Below, piece by piece: positions 62,262-64,000 of a stretch of DNA of 64,000 bases. The stretch is from an uncultured Holophagae bacterium. GTDB taxonomy: Bacteria > Acidobacteriota > Thermoanaerobaculia > Thermoanaerobaculales > Sulfomarinibacteraceae. A program made the position numbers and the translations under genes. Position 1 is the first letter of the stretch; every line of letters begins with the position of its first letter. The notes beneath the pieces were generated by a model. The model was given only the letters and a program-made list of their open reading frames with translations. It was not told the DNA's origin and did not search any database. The stretch spans positions 514,249 through 578,248 of the forward strand of contig CAVWIJ010000012.1 in the NCBI GenBank assembly GCA_963754985.1. Direction: 5' to 3'.

Positions 62262-62375
62262 GGAAGAACGAAGAACGAAGGACGAAGAGAGCGATCCGAG
62301 CGGGGCGGTTGTCGGTGGTCACCGAGCCGCCAATCGGGTCTCCTGTTCTTCGTTCTTGGATCTTCAATCTTCGAC
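62262..62375. repeat. Purine-rich heptamer palindrome between the ABC ATPase and permease genes (locus R13)
   Basis: GAAGAAC/GAAGAAC/GAAGGAC/GAAGAGA lie at 62264-62291. AAGAACGAAGAAC (62265-62277) is the perfect complement of GTTCTTCGTTCTT (62345-62357), with a 67-nt spacer. Confidence 0.6.
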
Positions 62376-62382
62376 CGGTCGG

Positions 62383-64000
62383 GTGGGCCGGGTGGTACTG
62401 AAGGCCCTGCTGTGGCGCCCGCTGCGGCGGCGGCCGTGGCGCTTCCTGGTGACCGTCCTCGGCGTCGCCACCGGCGTCGCCGCGGTGGTGGCCACGGTCG
62501 CCTCGAGCCGGGCCGCGGTGCGCGCCTTCGCCGAGGGGGTCGAGGAGGTGGCGGGCGCGGTCCGGGTCGAGGTCACACGCCCGGGCGGTGTGCCGGCGTC
62601 GCTGCTCGGGGCGCTGCGGCCGCTTGCGGGCGACGCGGTGGTGGTGCCGGTGGTGGAGGAGGTGGCGCTGCTCGTCGAGCTCGGCGACGGCGTGCGGGTG
62701 CTCGGGGTCGACCTGCTGGTCGATGCCCAGGTCCGGCCGGTGCTCGAGGGCGAACAGGCCGCCGAGCAGATCGTCACGGCTCTCACGGGCCGTGGCGTCG
62801 TCCTGCCCGACGTGCTCGCGCGGCGGCTCGGCGTGGCAGTGGGCGACACCATCACCTTGTCGGCCCGGGCACGGGTCGAGCCGGTCGAGGTGGTGGCGCT
62901 GTTTCCGGCCGAGGGGCTGGCAGCGGCCTGGGACCGGGTGGTGGTCATGGACGTCGCGCTCGCCGCCGAGCTGTTCGGCCGTGGCGATCTCGTCGACCGC
63001 ATCGAGCTCGCCCCGCGGGCTGGAGTCGATGCGCAGGCGCTGCGGCGAGCGAGCGGCCGAGCTGTTGCCGGCGGACGTCACGGTGGCGCCGCCGTCGCGC
63101 CGCCGGGAGACCGCCGAGCAGATGGTGGCCGCGCTGCGCTTCAACCTGATCGCGCTGTCGGCGATCTCGGTGCTGGTCGGCGCGGTGCTGGTGGCGACCA
63201 CCCTCGCGACCTCGGTCGTCCAGCGCCGCTACACCATCGCGCTGCTGCGCTCGCTCGGCGCCTCGCGATCCCAGATCGCGGGGGCGGTGCTGCTCGAGGC
63301 AGCGGCGATCGGTGTGGCCGGCGGGGTGCTGGGCACGGCCGGCGGCCTGCTCGGCGCCCGGGCGGCGCTGGTCAGCGTTCGCTACTCGGTGGTGGCGCTC
63401 CTACGCTCGAGCCTTGCCACCGACATTGCCTTCGAGCCGTGGCTCGCGGCTCTCGGGCTCGGCCTCGCGCTCGCGGTGTCGCTCGCGGCGGCGGTGCTGC
63501 CCCTCGAGGAGGCGCTGCGAACGCCCCCGCTGCAGGGCCTCAGCGACGCGGCGCCGCGACGCCTCTCCCTGCGCGCGATTCTGCTCGACCTCGCCGTCCT
63601 GGCGACCCTCGCGGGCGCGGCGCTGTGGCTGGCGAGCCGGCCGGCCTGGCACGGCCTGCCGATCGGCGCCATGGTCGCCTGCCTGGCCGTGATGGCGATG
63701 CTGCTGGTCGGTTCGGCGCCGCTGCTCGACGGCCTGGCGCGCGCCGGCGCGAGCCCGCTGCGGCGGCTCGCCGGCCCGTCGCTGCGGCTTGCAGCCGCGG
63801 CGCTGGCAGCCGGCCGGCGACGGGCGGCGTGGGCGGCGGGCGCGGTGTCGGTGGCGGTCGCGCTGGCGGTCGCCATCCTGACCATGGTGGTCTCGTTCCG
63901 GGGCACCGTCGAGCGCTGGACCGAGGCCGGGATGCGCGCCGACGTCTGGGTGCGGCCGCTCGCCATGGAGCGCGGGGTGCCGACCGGCGAGCTCGACCCC
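62383..64000 (+). CDS. FtsX-family ABC permease (MacB/YbbP-like, two FtsX modules), 3'-partial, with one frame break
   Basis: This ORF is not in the track because it has a GTG start. The GTG at 62383 gives VGRVVLKALLWRPLRRRPWRFLVTVLGVATGVAAVVA. After a shift at about 63050 it continues LLPADVTVAPPSRRRETAEQMVAALRFNLIALSAISVLVGAVLVATTL...RRYTIALLRSLGASRSQI. It is open to the window end. Confidence 0.7.
   Translation, partial: MGRVVLKALLWRPLRRRPWRFLVTVLGVATGVAAVVATVASSRAAVRAFAEGVEEVAGAVRVEVTRPGGVPASLLGALRPLAGDAVVVPVVEEVALLVELGDGVRVLGVDLLVDAQVRPVLEGEQAAEQIVTALTGRGVVLPDVLARRLGVAVGDTITLSARARVEPVEVVALFPAEGLAAAWDRVVVMDVALAAELFGRGDLVDRIELAPRAGVDAQALRRASGRAVAGGRHGGAAVAPPGDRRADGGRAALQPDRAVGDLGAGRRGAGGDHPRDLGRPAPLHHRAAALARRLAIPDRGGGAARGSGDRCGRRGAGHGRRPARRPGGAGQRSLLGGGAPTLEPCHRHCLRAVARGSRARPRARGVARGGGAAPRGGAANAPAAGPQRRGAATPLPARDSARPRRPGDPRGRGAVAGEPAGLARPADRRHGRLPGRDGDAAGRFGAAARRPGARRREPAAAARRPVAAACSRGAGSRPATGGVGGGRGVGGGRAGGRHPDHGGLVPGHRRALDRGRDARRRLGAAARHGARGADRRARP

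Overview
This is a very GC-rich (about 70% by eye) bacterial chromosomal segment with roughly 45 protein-coding genes on both strands. I found no rRNA, tRNA, CRISPR array, transposase, integrase or phage genes. The gene content points to a Gram-negative environmental lineage (Acidobacteriota- or Myxococcota-like), but the taxon cannot be determined from this window.

Gene blocks, in order:
- 1-5.3 kb: a giant surface repeat protein.
- 5.4-9.9 kb: envelope enzymes (ArnT-like glycosyltransferase, sulfatase-like protein, exported protein).
- 10.3-16.8 kb: a glycan export and synthesis cluster (wzt, GT1, GT2, GNAT, YfhO).
- 17-25 kb: glpD, an AGPS-like FAD oxidase, an aminotransferase, and a divergent FAD/Fe-S oxidoreductase.
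- 25.5-35.3 kb: mixed housekeeping genes (membrane protein, Tat metallophosphoesterase, VanZ-like, FGGY kinase, TauE, fpr, elbB, cytidylate-kinase-like, apaG).
- 35.5-37.6 kb: ECF sigma factor, anti-sigma factor and DUF4097 protein.
- 37.7-40.8 kb: an Rne/Rng ribonuclease and fabH.
- 41.2-46.8 kb: ccmABCDEF with a Cys-type CcmE.
- 47.1-55.6 kb: ampG-like MFS, PEP-utilising enzyme, an operon of response regulator, small membrane protein, TSUP permease and lipoprotein, a lipoate ligase, and a GH-like propeller.
- 55.8-61.3 kb: a roughly 1320-aa wHTH-STAND-TM-WD40 protein followed by two small toxin-antitoxin-like cassettes.
- 61.6-64 kb: an ABC ATPase and an FtsX permease.

Two window-wide properties stand out:
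1. Almost every larger intergenic spacer holds one family of composite repeats. Its parts are 6-nt-periodic GCGGAA/GCGGGC arms (often inverted pairs, two of them perfect 22-mers), 7-nt-periodic tracts (some canonical G-quadruplex motifs), a 115-bp conserved hairpin module (2 copies), and a 180-bp element with 16-19 bp terminal inverted repeats (2 full copies plus a fragment). No mobilising enzyme is present in the window.
2. By hand count there are about 60 reading-frame breaks, and they are strongly clustered. Some genes have 4-10 breaks while long stretches have none.

My best candidates for something undescribed are the intergenic repeat system and the STAND/TA island. Both are hypotheses that need genome-wide and experimental checks. 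All protein-family calls come from motif recognition by eye, not database searches.
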